63,615 nt of DNA from a virus (lineage: Duplodnaviria > Caudoviricetes). The notes beneath the pieces are model-generated. The model was not told the origin of the DNA. It worked only from the letters and a program-made list of their open reading frames with translations, and ran no database searches. The DNA lies in IMG/VR virus record IMGVR_UViG_3300016471_001057, positions 1-63,615 of that record. One strand, written 5' to 3'. Both the position numbers and the translations under genes were made by a program. How positions within the stretch are numbered: the stretch's first letter is position 1; every line of letters begins with the position of its first letter. Below, piece by piece: positions 1 to 9,236 of this stretch.

Positions 1-23
1 GGACTTTGAATTGTTCTTGCCAT
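1..23 (-). CDS. gp18: Tail sheath protein, N-terminus only (runs off the window)
   Basis: Minus strand reads ATGGCAAGAACAATTCAAAGTCC = MARTIQS(P), resembling sheath N-termini (..SPGV). GGAG lies upstream and a TATAAATA box is at 69-76. Only 7 codons are visible. Confidence 0.55.
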
Positions 24-68
24 ATTATTTGCTTTCTCCAGTAAGGTTAATGCTTGTCATATCATTTT

Positions 69-76
69 TATTTATA
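69..76 (-). promoter_or_regulatory. T4-type late promoter TATAAATA
   Basis: Exact T4 gp55 consensus, 45 nt upstream of the putative sheath ATG; a gp55 homolog is in the window. Confidence 0.75.
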
Positions 77-117
77 TCTCGCTGGCACAATTTTCACAAA
101 TTATTTTTTTTTTTTTA

Positions 118-705
118 TTATGGTAATAAAGCAGTTTTAAGTTGATGGTAGGCAAAGTTAAAGCTACATTCCATTTCTCCACCATCCCGTTCACTGTAAT
201 TAATACCTTCTAAAGATACGGGAAATGCCCGAATATAATCAAATTTGATAACGTTATTACCGTACTCGTCTAAACCATATATTGTAATGTTAGTCATATA
301 CTGATCTGTATTTGACGTTACATTAGGGTCTTTTGGGTCAAAAACCCCAGTAGTAGGGTTGTTAAAAATCTCTAACCATTTATATATGACCCAATAATTA
401 TTGAATTGATTGTCCACAGTAAAGTCAATCTTCAAACTAGGAAATGATGGTCTTACATAGGAGGTTACCTTTAATGTTTGCCCAGAATACGGTACTTGAA
501 TGGGAGGAATTTCGATAGGAGGGGCAACAGCACCAAATATACTAAACTGAATACTGTCAAAATTAATGCTTGCACTTCTTCTCTCTAGATCAGTAAGCTT
601 GTCTCTTAGGGCTCTTGGCACGGTAAGAACACAAATAAATTTATCCCTACGTTGTTTATTAAAGGGACTTTGTAAAATTGGAGTTTTATTTACAGGGGTT
701 GCCAC
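118..705 (-). CDS. Tail completion / tail-tube-like protein (T4 gp3/gp19 fold)
   Basis: FTVDNQFNNYWVIYKW and C-terminal AFPVSLEGINYS..CSFNFAY are typical of gp3/gp19-like proteins. GTG start is 4 nt after ATAAATA (710-716). Confidence 0.65.
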   Translation of the reverse strand: MATPVNKTPILQSPFNKQRRDKFICVLTVPRALRDKLTDLERRSASINFDSIQFSIFGAVAPPIEIPPIQVPYSGQTLKVTSYVRPSFPSLKIDFTVDNQFNNYWVIYKWLEIFNNPTTGVFDPKDPNVTSNTDQYMTNITIYGLDEYGNNVIKFDYIRAFPVSLEGINYSERDGGEMECSFNFAYHQLKTALLP

Positions 706-1931
706 GGGTTATTTATCCTATCATCACCTTCTCCAGGAAGCTGCCACCCCTGCTGTTTTAAATCATCAATCTCAGATCCGGTTTTTTCTGTTTCAAAAAA
801 TACCGGTAAATTATTTGCCCCCTCGTTTTTTTCATTGGTGTACAGACTTAAAGGGCTTACTACACCTCGTACGCCATAGTCAAGCTGTTTTAAAATTAAA
901 GGACGGCTACATTCATCTAATTTTACTACATCAAAATATCGATTACATATTTCATTTTCTAAAATCATTAATGCCCAAACAAATGACATTACCCGGTCAT
1001 CCCAACTATTTGAACCGGGTCTTGCCGCCCAGGTATTATTAGGATAACGGATAAAGTTTTTAAATTCATGTAGAGTATTTTTATCGCGAATTTTTACTGC
1101 ACGTAATTCGTTAACCCAGTATCGCATATTCATTATGCCCCGGTATTTGGTGTTGGTGTGAGATAAAATCCCAATACGCTTATACTCTGTCTTATCCCCG
1201 GCTTTAGCACCCCAGGAAACTACGTTTTCATAACCGTGGGTTAACTTTAGTTGTTCTACGACTTGTGCACCACAGCTATTTCTTTCTATAAGCACAGGAG
1301 GTCGGCCCCATTGGTTTAATATCTCTAATAATTTTGCTGTTAATTGAAACGGTACGATATTTCTATCATGAAAGACAGCCACCTGCTCAATAGAAGTAAG
1401 GTCAGTTATATCTAGTACCTGAATTACACTGGCAGCCTCACCAATGCCCTCACTAATGTCAACCCCCACAGTATATAATCTGTTTTCTTTAGGTTCATCA
1501 AATACTAAATATCTACCCTCATCAAAAATTAATTCAGGCTCTCGAACATCTCTTTGCATTTTATTATAAAGCTCCTCATCAACTGAGCTTTCTCCGCCTT
1601 GTAAAAAGCAATTATGTACAAGTATGTCATTAGCATAATATGTGTTGCCATTGGACACATTTATAAGATCATAAACATCCTCATAACCATCGGGCTGAAT
1701 GCTAATGATAGCCTCGGTTTTGTTATTCTTAAGTTCGAGTATATCGCCCACTTTAAGGGTATTAGCTAATACCGTTGTCCCTTTAATAACAAAAGGATGA
1801 TCGTGTGTAACTCTTATTTTATTGTTTGTGGTGCTGAATTTTAATACAGGTTTGTAGAGCTTGCGGATGCCTTCAAAAGACATATAACCGGTAGGTGTTA
1901 GTACTTTATAATTATTTTTATTTGCTTTCAT
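690..1931 (-). CDS. terL: Terminase large subunit C-terminal half: 107-aa split-intein C fragment plus RNase H-like nuclease extein
   Basis: MKANKNNYKVLTPTG..VTHDHPF (block B)..VYDL..YYANDILVHN|CFL (blocks F/G), then nuclease motifs YTVGVDISEG, LIERNS and DDRVMS. ATG at 1931 is preferred over the track start at 1955. Confidence 0.92.
   Translation of the reverse strand: MKANKNNYKVLTPTGYMSFEGIRKLYKPVLKFSTTNNKIRVTHDHPFVIKGTTVLANTLKVGDILELKNNKTEAIISIQPDGYEDVYDLINVSNGNTYYANDILVHNCFLQGGESSVDEELYNKMQRDVREPELIFDEGRYLVFDEPKENRLYTVGVDISEGIGEAASVIQVLDITDLTSIEQVAVFHDRNIVPFQLTAKLLEILNQWGRPPVLIERNSCGAQVVEQLKLTHGYENVVSWGAKAGDKTEYKRIGILSHTNTKYRGIMNMRYWVNELRAVKIRDKNTLHEFKNFIRYPNNTWAARPGSNSWDDRVMSFVWALMILENEICNRYFDVVKLDECSRPLILKQLDYGVRGVVSPLSLYTNEKNEGANNLPVFFETEKTGSEIDDLKQQGWQLPGEGDDRINNPWQPL
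1611..1931 (-). mobile_element. Split intein C fragment (IntC, 107 aa)
   Basis: TxxH block B, block F Asp, terminal His-Asn followed by Cys+1 (codon 1608-1610). Confidence 0.9.
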
Positions 1932-2865
1932 AATCCCATATAATTTTGAAATCACATTTTAAATGGTCTTGTATTTCTTTTTGTCGAAGCGTATCTTTTT
2001 CTTTTTGCACACTATAGGTATGATAACGTTCATATACCTCATATATAGTATTTGTTTCATGACAGTAACCGTCTGGGTAGTATCCAATAATGGAATAATT
2101 CCTATCAATTTTGCAGTTGTCTATTTTTTCTTGCGCGTCAAGTAATTGAACCTCTCGGCGACCTAATGCGTGAAACTTTGTATCTTCACGCGACGAGCGT
2201 TTTTGATAGGCGATTCTACCCGCACGCTGGTACTTTTTTTTTCGTTCTAAGCTTTGTGCAGGAAGGTAGCGAAGAGTATGATATTTTTGCTCCCAATCAT
2301 CACCATATAAATATTTAAAATGTTCTTTAGAATTAGGTCCAAGTACGCAACCAGGTCGCTTGCAGTAAGATTTTTTTATAATTTCTCGTCTTGTAGGTGA
2401 GAACATAATATATGATCTACAGCGACAGTATTGTTCATCACTAAAAGTAAAATTATATTTACCAGCAATTAGTAATCTAAACGATAACGTAAATTTTGGA
2501 TGTCTGCAGTATATTTTATATCTATCTGTGTGATAATATAATGCCTTATATAATTGGGGGGCATCTTTAATAAGGGTGCGGCCTTTCGCTTTACCTAGGT
2601 ATTTTGTATAGTGATATTTACTACTATTAAGTAAACTATAAAGTTGTGATTGTGTGTATATTACTTTAATTTGATCTAATTTGCTCTGTAGTTTTGCGTA
2701 ATATTGCTTTGTTCTCTCCGCACAGGCTTGCGTCGTACCTGAACCATATGTACCGTATTTTTTAAAATTAGTTTCACGTCTCTTTAAATTAGCTGCTGCT
2801 TTCTTTGCAGGGTCTAAATCATAATAAGTCGAATAATTCTTTAATTGTAATTGCTTGTTGCTCAC
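1918..2865 (-). mobile_element. Free-standing homing endonuclease (Vsr/DUF559-like PD-(D/E)xK domain) between the intein halves
   Basis: C-terminal GYYPDGYCHETNTIYEVYERYH..D..RQ..I....C.F..IW; basic N-terminal KRRETNFKKYG; Cys clusters; overlaps both terminase halves in a third frame. Start (GTG) uncertain. Confidence 0.8.
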
Positions 2866-2908
2866 CGTTATTATTTATTATATCAAGAGTGCTTTCCCCG
2901 GTTACACA
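2819..2908 (-). mobile_element. Split intein N fragment (IntN, 29 aa)
   Basis: Block A CVTGESTLDI directly after the conserved terminase QEF motif; stop after 29 residues. Confidence 0.88.
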
Positions 2909-3715
2909 ATTGCCAAATTCTTGGTCAAAAATTTCTTGGCTACCTAAGGTTCGAACCGTATCAGATTTCCATTTTTCATCACGCCCGGGAATTTCCCACC
3001 AGTCTATTCGTTCGGCTTTCCAATTATTCTCTCCTTGAAGTGCACCTTGATATAATCGATAAAACAAATTATCGGTACCATTAGGAGTACTGGCAATAAA
3101 AATTTTAGATTTTTTAGAACTACTAATAATAGGGTAAACTGACTCCCAGAATTTCTCTACAATATGGTTATCGATAAATGCTAACTCATCTAGAATAGTA
3201 ATGTTTACAGACTCTCCTCTTCCCGCATCACTACTGGTAGTGCTGATACCGATGCTACTTCCGTTAGAAAGAGTCATACTCGTTTGTCCATATTCAACAA
3301 CACCGGGCTTTAAAAAATTAGGTAATTGTTCATAAGCCAGACGTACTCTTTTAAAAATATTTTTTGCGGTTTGCTCTTTGTTAGCTACAATTAAAATTCT
3401 TTGATCATCATTAAAACAAGCATTCCAAAGACTGTAAATGGTCATCATTGTCGATTTGCCCGCTTGACGACTTGATAATAATATTACAAACCTGTTATCC
3501 CGTAAACTTCTAAGAACTTTCTTTTGACATGGAAAGAGAGCAATTTTCTCCTTACCTCTATCCAGATTAATAATAGTGAAATGATTTTCTGCAAAATGTA
3601 GAATATTTTTTTTACATTTTTTTATCTCCGCAACCATTTCCGGTGTATATTCAAACTTGGTATCGACAGTAGGAAGGTTTTGATTGCCTAGATAAAACTT
3701 TTCTTTGTCAGCCAT
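2819..3715 (-). CDS. terL: Terminase large subunit N-terminal half (ATPase) ending in a 29-aa split-intein N fragment
   Basis: YLGNQNLP start, Walker A SRQAGKST, Walker B ITILDE, STPNG, then FDQEFGN|CVTGESTLDIINNNGEQQAITIKELFDLL*. Confidence 0.95.
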   Translation of the reverse strand: MADKEKFYLGNQNLPTVDTKFEYTPEMVAEIKKCKKNILHFAENHFTIINLDRGKEKIALFPCQKKVLRSLRDNRFVILLSSRQAGKSTMMTIYSLWNACFNDDQRILIVANKEQTAKNIFKRVRLAYEQLPNFLKPGVVEYGQTSMTLSNGSSIGISTTSSDAGRGESVNITILDELAFIDNHIVEKFWESVYPIISSSKKSKIFIASTPNGTDNLFYRLYQGALQGENNWKAERIDWWEIPGRDEKWKSDTVRTLGSQEIFDQEFGNCVTGESTLDIINNNGEQQAITIKELFDLL

Positions 3716-3721
3716 TTTAAA

Positions 3722-3757
3722 TATTTATCGGGGAAATCAGAACATAAAGAATAAATA
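3722..3757. promoter_or_regulatory. Back-to-back divergent late promoters (ATAAATA at 3722-3728 minus and 3751-3757 plus)
   Basis: Boxes are 6 nt from the terminase ATG and 5 nt from the ATG at 3763. Confidence 0.7.
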
Positions 3758-3762
3758 CTTTT

Positions 3763-4668
3763 ATGACAAGAGTAACGAGCATTAAAGATATTGGTATGGT
3801 ATATGAAGCTATGAAGCAATCGGAGGCTCAAAAAAATGCGGAAGTAGTTGAAGAGAAGACAGTTAAAAAACTTGAATCTTTTCCAAAAGCCATTGACAAA
3901 AAGATTAATGTAAAGAAAATTGTTGCCAAAGGGTCTGATACAAAAGCGTTTTTTCCAAAGAAATCTGGCCCAGAAGCCGCTGAAGGCTTTAACAAAAACA
4001 TAATTGATCCGAAAACTGCAAAGAAGGATAATCATTATGAACCACAAAAATTTTCAACAACTCTTGAAAAAACGGTTCCTTCAAATATAAATAATAACAT
4101 GAGCAAATCGATATTTGATAAACTTTATGAAGATGTAATGAAGGACGATGCCATTGATCTTGGCATTTCCGCAGGGCCTGAGGGAGAGGCAGGTGACAAG
4201 CCAGCCGATATTGACGCTGGTGGTGATGAAGTTACTTTGACGCTATCCCGCGACGTTGCCCAAAAGCTACACGATTTGCTCTCTGATGTGCTTGGCGGTG
4301 GCGAAGAAGATGCTGGTGAAGACGAAGGCAGCGACGAAGATCAAGAGAATGTCCCTGCAGAAGACGAACAGCACAAAGCTGAAGATAAAAAAGAAGATAA
4401 GAAGGATGAAGATCAAGAAGATGTAGCTGGTGAAGCTACTGAGATCGAAGAACTTCCCGACAGCAAGGGTCATTCCCTGACTGCTAAGAACAATAAAGTC
4501 CCGGGTAAGCTCAGCCATGTTAAAGGTGGCAAAGCTTCCGGCGATGCAACTGGCAGTGCTAGCGATGGCAAGCCTGTTGCTCTTCCCGATAGCAAAGGCC
4601 ATTCTTTGACTGGTAAGAACAACAAGGTCAATGCCCCCGGTTATAAGGCCGGAGACTTCTTTAAATAA
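3763..4668 (+). CDS. Acidic late protein, possible prohead core/internal protein, with internal duplication and nested start at 4099
   Basis: Late box upstream, D/E-rich middle, two copies of LPDSKGHSLTxKNNKV, terminator downstream. Confidence 0.55.
   Translation: MTRVTSIKDIGMVYEAMKQSEAQKNAEVVEEKTVKKLESFPKAIDKKINVKKIVAKGSDTKAFFPKKSGPEAAEGFNKNIIDPKTAKKDNHYEPQKFSTTLEKTVPSNINNNMSKSIFDKLYEDVMKDDAIDLGISAGPEGEAGDKPADIDAGGDEVTLTLSRDVAQKLHDLLSDVLGGGEEDAGEDEGSDEDQENVPAEDEQHKAEDKKEDKKDEDQEDVAGEATEIEELPDSKGHSLTAKNNKVPGKLSHVKGGKASGDATGSASDGKPVALPDSKGHSLTGKNNKVNAPGYKAGDFFK
4453..4629 (+). repeat. Two 48-nt in-frame repeats (4453-4500 and 4582-4629) encoding LPDSKGHSLT(A/G)KNNKV
   Basis: 15 of 16 residues identical, with mostly synonymous differences at DNA level. 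Confidence 0.9.
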
Positions 4669-4692
4669 TAGATAGTCAATCTTAAAATAGAG

Positions 4693-4717
4693 AAGCCGTC
4701 GTAATGACGGCTTTTTT
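4693..4717 (+). terminator. Rho-independent terminator
   Basis: AAGCCGTC-gtaat-GACGGCTT followed by a T run; the next late box is at 4720-4727. Confidence 0.85.
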
Positions 4718-4731
4718 ATTATAAATAACTG

Positions 4732-5151
4732 GTGAGTACTTTTGGATTAATATACGAAAAATTATTATTACAAGATCTAAAAGAATATACCACCTGGAAC
4801 TCAGGTATTTTGTCACATAATATTGGTCCTAATTTTAAGATTAATAACCTTATGAAAAATCCTATGGGTAAGCCTACAGAAAGACATAGGAAAGTAATTA
4901 AAGACCCGGGGTTTAGAAAACACGCGCAAACAGTACCAGATATGCATAAAATAGATCCAAAATCCATACAAGTGCTAGATGATCTAAAAGTTTCTTCTGG
5001 AAAAAAAGTTTTGAGCCAAGATGAAATACAAAAAATCTGTAGCAAGTTTAATATTTCACGGCTTAATGCACAGGAGCCAAAATCTCTTGGCAATACTGGT
5101 ATAGTTTTAAAATACGACCCTGATATGCGAGGCTATGTTATACAAAAATGA
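4732..5151 (+). CDS. Hypothetical late protein
   Basis: GTG 4 nt after TATAAATA; ATGA overlap with gp14. Confidence 0.7.
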   Translation: MSTFGLIYEKLLLQDLKEYTTWNSGILSHNIGPNFKINNLMKNPMGKPTERHRKVIKDPGFRKHAQTVPDMHKIDPKSIQVLDDLKVSSGKKVLSQDEIQKICSKFNISRLNAQEPKSLGNTGIVLKYDPDMRGYVIQK

Positions 5152-5903
5152 GCATGGACAAATATACAGGATCAAATTGTATACGTAAGTATCCGTTACA
5201 ATACACAACGAGCTCCCTTAGATTTACAGATAAAGATAATAACGAATGCGAAAGACAGCTCTATAGTAATTACTGGCGCGAACAAATAGATTTATATGGC
5301 CAAAAAGCTATGTATTACAGAAATACATATAGTACTTTATGTGCAGATAATTTTTATGGAGAACAGCCAACTGCCCGTTTTGATGATCCTCGCCCGGTGA
5401 TCATGCTTATAAAATTATCAGAAAATGCTCTCATCTTAAGCAAATTTGGTTATCAAAGTGATGAGCAATGTACCGCGTATATGCACATTAGCTCTTTTTA
5501 TGCTGTTTATCCCCCGGATGCAGAGCCAAAATCAGGGGATCTATTTAAACTTACCGAATACGGAAACGATAGACCTGGTGAACGTGATGGAAGAATGTAT
5601 GAAATAACGGAACGTTTAGATCAAGAAAATTCTGAAATTAATTCTCTTGCCGGTCATTATGTTTGGCTATTAAAAGCTAAGAGATTTGAAAATTCGTTTG
5701 AACCTAATGTACCTCAAGAGAGGGGCAACCAACAAGTATATGACAACCCCCGTTACGGTACAATCACCACATCTATTAGCAGTGATACTACGTACGCGGT
5801 AAGACCATCTTCTTACCCGGCCTCTGCAAACGAATTAAGTCAGAATATAGTATTCGATATGTCTGTAAATAATACAGACATTTACGGTGGGTATTACAAC
5901 TAA
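5148..5903 (+). CDS. gp14: Neck / head-closure protein (T4 gp14-like)
   Basis: EQIDLYGQKAMYY, FYGE, LSKFG and PKSGDLF match gp14 motifs. Confidence 0.8.
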   Translation: MSMDKYTGSNCIRKYPLQYTTSSLRFTDKDNNECERQLYSNYWREQIDLYGQKAMYYRNTYSTLCADNFYGEQPTARFDDPRPVIMLIKLSENALILSKFGYQSDEQCTAYMHISSFYAVYPPDAEPKSGDLFKLTEYGNDRPGERDGRMYEITERLDQENSEINSLAGHYVWLLKAKRFENSFEPNVPQERGNQQVYDNPRYGTITTSISSDTTYAVRPSSYPASANELSQNIVFDMSVNNTDIYGGYYN

Positions 5904-6259
5904 ACTGCTACCTCGAGTTCTTCTAAATCCGGTTCAACATCTTCTTCAATTTCTTGGGGGTCAGCATCAATCACCGGAGCGACAACACCTTTATTAGCTT
6001 CAATGGCCGCAGACATAGACATGTTAAATTCTTCTCTATCTACATCAAGAATCATAGTTTCAAGACGCTGGTCAATATATTTTTGAAATGCCAAAGGCTT
6101 AACCCAGAAGTCATCGTTAATCATATCTGACTTTAATTCATCGGCCTTTTTTTGTACTACATCAATAGCTTCAATCAAACAAAGCCATCGTGCATACTCA
6201 AGCTTTTTTAATTTAAATTCTTTCTGATTACCCTGTACGGTTACAAAATCGTTTTTCAT
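5900..6259 (-). CDS. Hypothetical protein with acidic C-terminus
   Basis: Last gene of a tightly packed minus-strand run. Confidence 0.65.
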   Translation of the reverse strand: MKNDFVTVQGNQKEFKLKKLEYARWLCLIEAIDVVQKKADELKSDMINDDFWVKPLAFQKYIDQRLETMILDVDREEFNMSMSAAIEANKGVVAPVIDADPQEIEEDVEPDLEELEVAV

Positions 6260-6263
6260 ATTT

Positions 6264-6548
6264 TTATATGTTACTGGCTTTTATAGTTTGATCAATCTTT
6301 TTCTCTAAAAGTTTTGCGTCATTATATTTACCGGCATTAGCCAGTACTGTAGGAGCAAAAACAAAATACTGCTTCTCAACTAAATTCTGTATTTTATATT
6401 TTTCCTCCCAAACCATGACTACCGCACCGAAAGTACCCCCTTGCGGTCTTTTATAGATATGCTCTACTCCAACAGTGGCCGCTTCCATAATATTTTTTGC
6501 TTCAACCCTAACTCCCCAGTCGCCGGAAGCAACATGATATATTTTCAT
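6264..6548 (-). CDS. Hypothetical protein
   Basis: Coupled to the upstream ORF by an ATGA overlap. Confidence 0.65.
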   Translation of the reverse strand: MKIYHVASGDWGVRVEAKNIMEAATVGVEHIYKRPQGGTFGAVVMVWEEKYKIQNLVEKQYFVFAPTVLANAGKYNDAKLLEKKIDQTIKASNI

Positions 6549-6931
6549 CTTAATTTACTTAAAACATAAGCGACTATAGCAGTATAAAAGGTAATCGGCT
6601 CAATTTGGTTATTAGTATGATTAAGAACCTTAAAACTATTTTTAATAATTTCAAAAGCATCTTTAATTACTGGGGTCATTGGTACCCCGGTTTCTTTCAT
6701 TTGCAGCCGTATAGACTCTTCTAAAATATCAAAAAAATCTGAAACAAAAGCTTCTTTATTTTTGGATTCACCTTGTGCCTGTGCATATGCATTTTTAAAG
6801 ATTTTATATGCGAGCTGACCTTTACTAAAAAAGAAATCTTCCGCCTCTTTCTTAATTTTTGTAAGTGGAGTGGGTAGCTCAAACCCTGAAACAGGCATAA
6901 TCTGACTGGCTGGTACAATATTGTATTCCAT
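6545..6931 (-). CDS. Hypothetical protein
   Basis: Stop/start overlaps on both sides. Confidence 0.65.
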   Translation of the reverse strand: MEYNIVPASQIMPVSGFELPTPLTKIKKEAEDFFFSKGQLAYKIFKNAYAQAQGESKNKEAFVSDFFDILEESIRLQMKETGVPMTPVIKDAFEIIKNSFKVLNHTNNQIEPITFYTAIVAYVLSKLR

Positions 6932-7347
6932 TAGGATGATATGGTTTGCTTGATCACTGTATCAGGTGGTTCAAGAATAGGAGTAGTGACTAATACGGTT
7001 TTTAAATCAACCAAAACATTTATATCTTTTTTACATCCTGGGCACACATATTCATTTCGTTCATTTAAGGTAATAGGAACAAAACATTTAATACCGCGGT
7101 CACAAGGACAGGTTACCTCAGCCCCCTGTTTACTAAGTTCTGCCTCTCTTGCAAGTAAAAAAGCTTGTTCCTCTAAAGCGGTTTTTCTACGAACATATTC
7201 AAAATAAAAGTAAAAACCTACAAACTGTAGTACCATAAAAAAGGCCCAAGAACTTAAAAACCAAATACCCAGATAGGTAAGAGGCCAGGCCGCTACGGCC
7301 GCAACCGCAGAGGTAATAGCTAGACTAGACAATAGTCTTTTAATCAT
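6931..7347 (-). CDS. Membrane protein with two TM segments and a C-terminal Zn-ribbon-like motif
   Basis: Hydrophobic residues about 5-50; CPC...C...CPGC; sigma70-like promoter directly upstream. Confidence 0.65.
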   Translation of the reverse strand: MIKRLLSSLAITSAVAAVAAWPLTYLGIWFLSSWAFFMVLQFVGFYFYFEYVRRKTALEEQAFLLAREAELSKQGAEVTCPCDRGIKCFVPITLNERNEYVCPGCKKDINVLVDLKTVLVTTPILEPPDTVIKQTISS

Positions 7348-7371
7348 GATATAAGTTTAATATATAATCAC

Positions 7372-7743
7372 TTATTTTTCAACTAGTTTATTAAGCTCGT
7401 CCGTACAAGATAAAATTTGATCTTGAATATTCTGAATCTTCTCATTAAGCTCGCGAACTGTTTTAATTTTATCTTTATTATCCTTAATTAGGGGATTATT
7501 AACGCCCATAGCTAGTTGTCTGCGAAAATCGGCACATTTAACAAACAAGTCACCTAGAAAATCTAATATTTTGTCAAGAGGGTATGGTAGTTCAACAGGC
7601 TTGTCATATCTATTTCTAAATCTATTAATAATGTCATTTACTGTAATTACTTCAGGTTGAAGATCTCTTTTAGCAATACCTGAAACCCATTTATTATAAA
7701 GCATAGTTGAGTCTTCATTAATAGCGCTTGGTCGTTTATTCAC
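7372..7743 (-). CDS. Hypothetical late protein (coiled-coil C-terminus)
   Basis: Start revised to the in-frame GTG at 7743, 5 nt after TATAAATA (7749-7756). Confidence 0.65.
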   Translation of the reverse strand: MNKRPSAINEDSTMLYNKWVSGIAKRDLQPEVITVNDIINRFRNRYDKPVELPYPLDKILDFLGDLFVKCADFRRQLAMGVNNPLIKDNKDKIKTVRELNEKIQNIQDQILSCTDELNKLVEK

Positions 7744-7785
7744 ATATATATTTATAAAATTCACACGAAAGCCATAAATATCTTT

Positions 7786-8187
7786 ATGAGTTTATTTGAA
7801 AAACGGTTTTTTTCATTGCTAGAACAAGATGAACAAGAGGCCCCCGCAACAGATGCAGCTGCAATGGAAACTCAACTAGATAAGGGCACAGATCCCGCGG
7901 CTTTAGATGTTGAAGCACCTCAACAAGTCGACCAGGCCCGGGCTTCACACAACGCAGCACAAAAAAAGACCTTAGCCACATGGATCGGAGAGATTGCAAA
8001 GTTTATTGATTTCTTGAACGGAACAAACGGTAATAGTGTTCAATCACAATTGGCTGCTAGTAGCTGTGATACACTTTTTGAAAAGATTTCTAATAGTGAA
8101 AAAAAGCGTATTGCAAGAGTGGCAATGGAATTAAGCTCTTTCAATGAATCATTAAAGGGTTATTTAATTTCTGGCGACGATAATTAA
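7786..8187 (+). CDS. Hypothetical late, probably virion-associated protein
   Basis: ATAAATA at 7774-7780; leader MSLFEKRFFSLLE ends in LxE. Confidence 0.65.
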   Translation: MSLFEKRFFSLLEQDEQEAPATDAAAMETQLDKGTDPAALDVEAPQQVDQARASHNAAQKKTLATWIGEIAKFIDFLNGTNGNSVQSQLAASSCDTLFEKISNSEKKRIARVAMELSSFNESLKGYLISGDDN

Positions 8188-9206
8188 AACTGAGATAAAA
8201 GTAAACGCCCCTTTACGCCAGAAACCGTATTCTGTAAAATAAATTCTTCTGAAAAACAATCTATATTTTTAACTATACAAAATTCATTAATGTCTTTAAT
8301 TTTCTTAAACTTTTCTGGCCATAAAAATACCCGATAACCCAGGTTAAGAAGGTAAGTAGTTTTCTTCTTACTTGCACTGTCTACAAATTGATTATCTAAA
8401 ACCCATATAATTTCATGTAAGGGAAAACTACTTAGCTGTTCTTTTTGACGCTTAGTAAACGGATCACCTTTACTTTCTGTAATCCCGGCTACTGCTACTC
8501 CGTTCTTTATAAAGAAAGCATCTATAGGGCCCTCCGTGACAAAAATATACTTACTATCTTCTCTTACTCGGTTAATACCAAATAAGCTTTTTTCACTTTG
8601 CTGTTTTGAGAGGTATTTAGGATAAACTTTATTTTTTTGCTGCACTACTGTTCTAGATTGATAATGTGCAATCTTTTCATCTAAATCATAAAACGGTATA
8701 GTTAATCTATTTTTATGAACCGGGTCATTGAGACTTACAAACAAAGCCGACGGCTTATTGCACGCGGTATCTAATCGTCGATCTTTAATAATTTTTAAGC
8801 AATTCACTACTATCGGATTATTTTTATAAAAATTAATCTGAGAAATATCAAATAAATTAATAGAATCTTTTGGAAGAATGTCTGGCTCAGTAATAGGCCT
8901 TTCAAACTCAACATCTTTATTGTCTATCTCTCTTACAGCCATGGTACCATTTTCACGCATTATCTCTACATACGTCATTCCTGCTACTTGCTGGATCCAT
9001 TTAACTGGTCTTAAATTTAAACCACAGTTGTGACAAAAAATAATATTCTTTTTTGGTATGTAATATAGGCGTCTCTTTTTTCCCCAGGACTTTCCTTCTC
9101 TGCAAGTTGGACAACAACCATTATAGCTTTTAGCCAGTCGATTGTATCGAGGAAAACCTGCGAACTGATAAAATTTAGTTACGATATAATCTTCGTTTAA
9201 GAGCAC
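8184..9206 (-). CDS. gp61: DNA primase (T4 gp61-like)
   Basis: CPTC..FCHNC zinc finger, RLTIPFY, PKYL, Toprim VTEGPIDA, LDN, KDINE. Confidence 0.93.
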   Translation of the reverse strand: MLLNEDYIVTKFYQFAGFPRYNRLAKSYNGCCPTCREGKSWGKKRRLYYIPKKNIIFCHNCGLNLRPVKWIQQVAGMTYVEIMRENGTMAVREIDNKDVEFERPITEPDILPKDSINLFDISQINFYKNNPIVVNCLKIIKDRRLDTACNKPSALFVSLNDPVHKNRLTIPFYDLDEKIAHYQSRTVVQQKNKVYPKYLSKQQSEKSLFGINRVREDSKYIFVTEGPIDAFFIKNGVAVAGITESKGDPFTKRQKEQLSSFPLHEIIWVLDNQFVDSASKKKTTYLLNLGYRVFLWPEKFKKIKDINEFCIVKNIDCFSEEFILQNTVSGVKGRLLLSQF

Positions 9207-9236
9207 ACAACTATTGTAATAGAAACCGGCTAGTTA

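Noticed and set aside
104-116. 13-nt poly-T tract as a phase-variation site
   Set aside because: It is intergenic just after a stop codon and not between promoter elements; there is no evidence of function.
690-3715. Terminase as a pseudogene or a group I intron-split gene
   Set aside because: Both halves keep catalytic motifs, and the break is bounded by intein blocks A and B-G; I saw no intron core elements.
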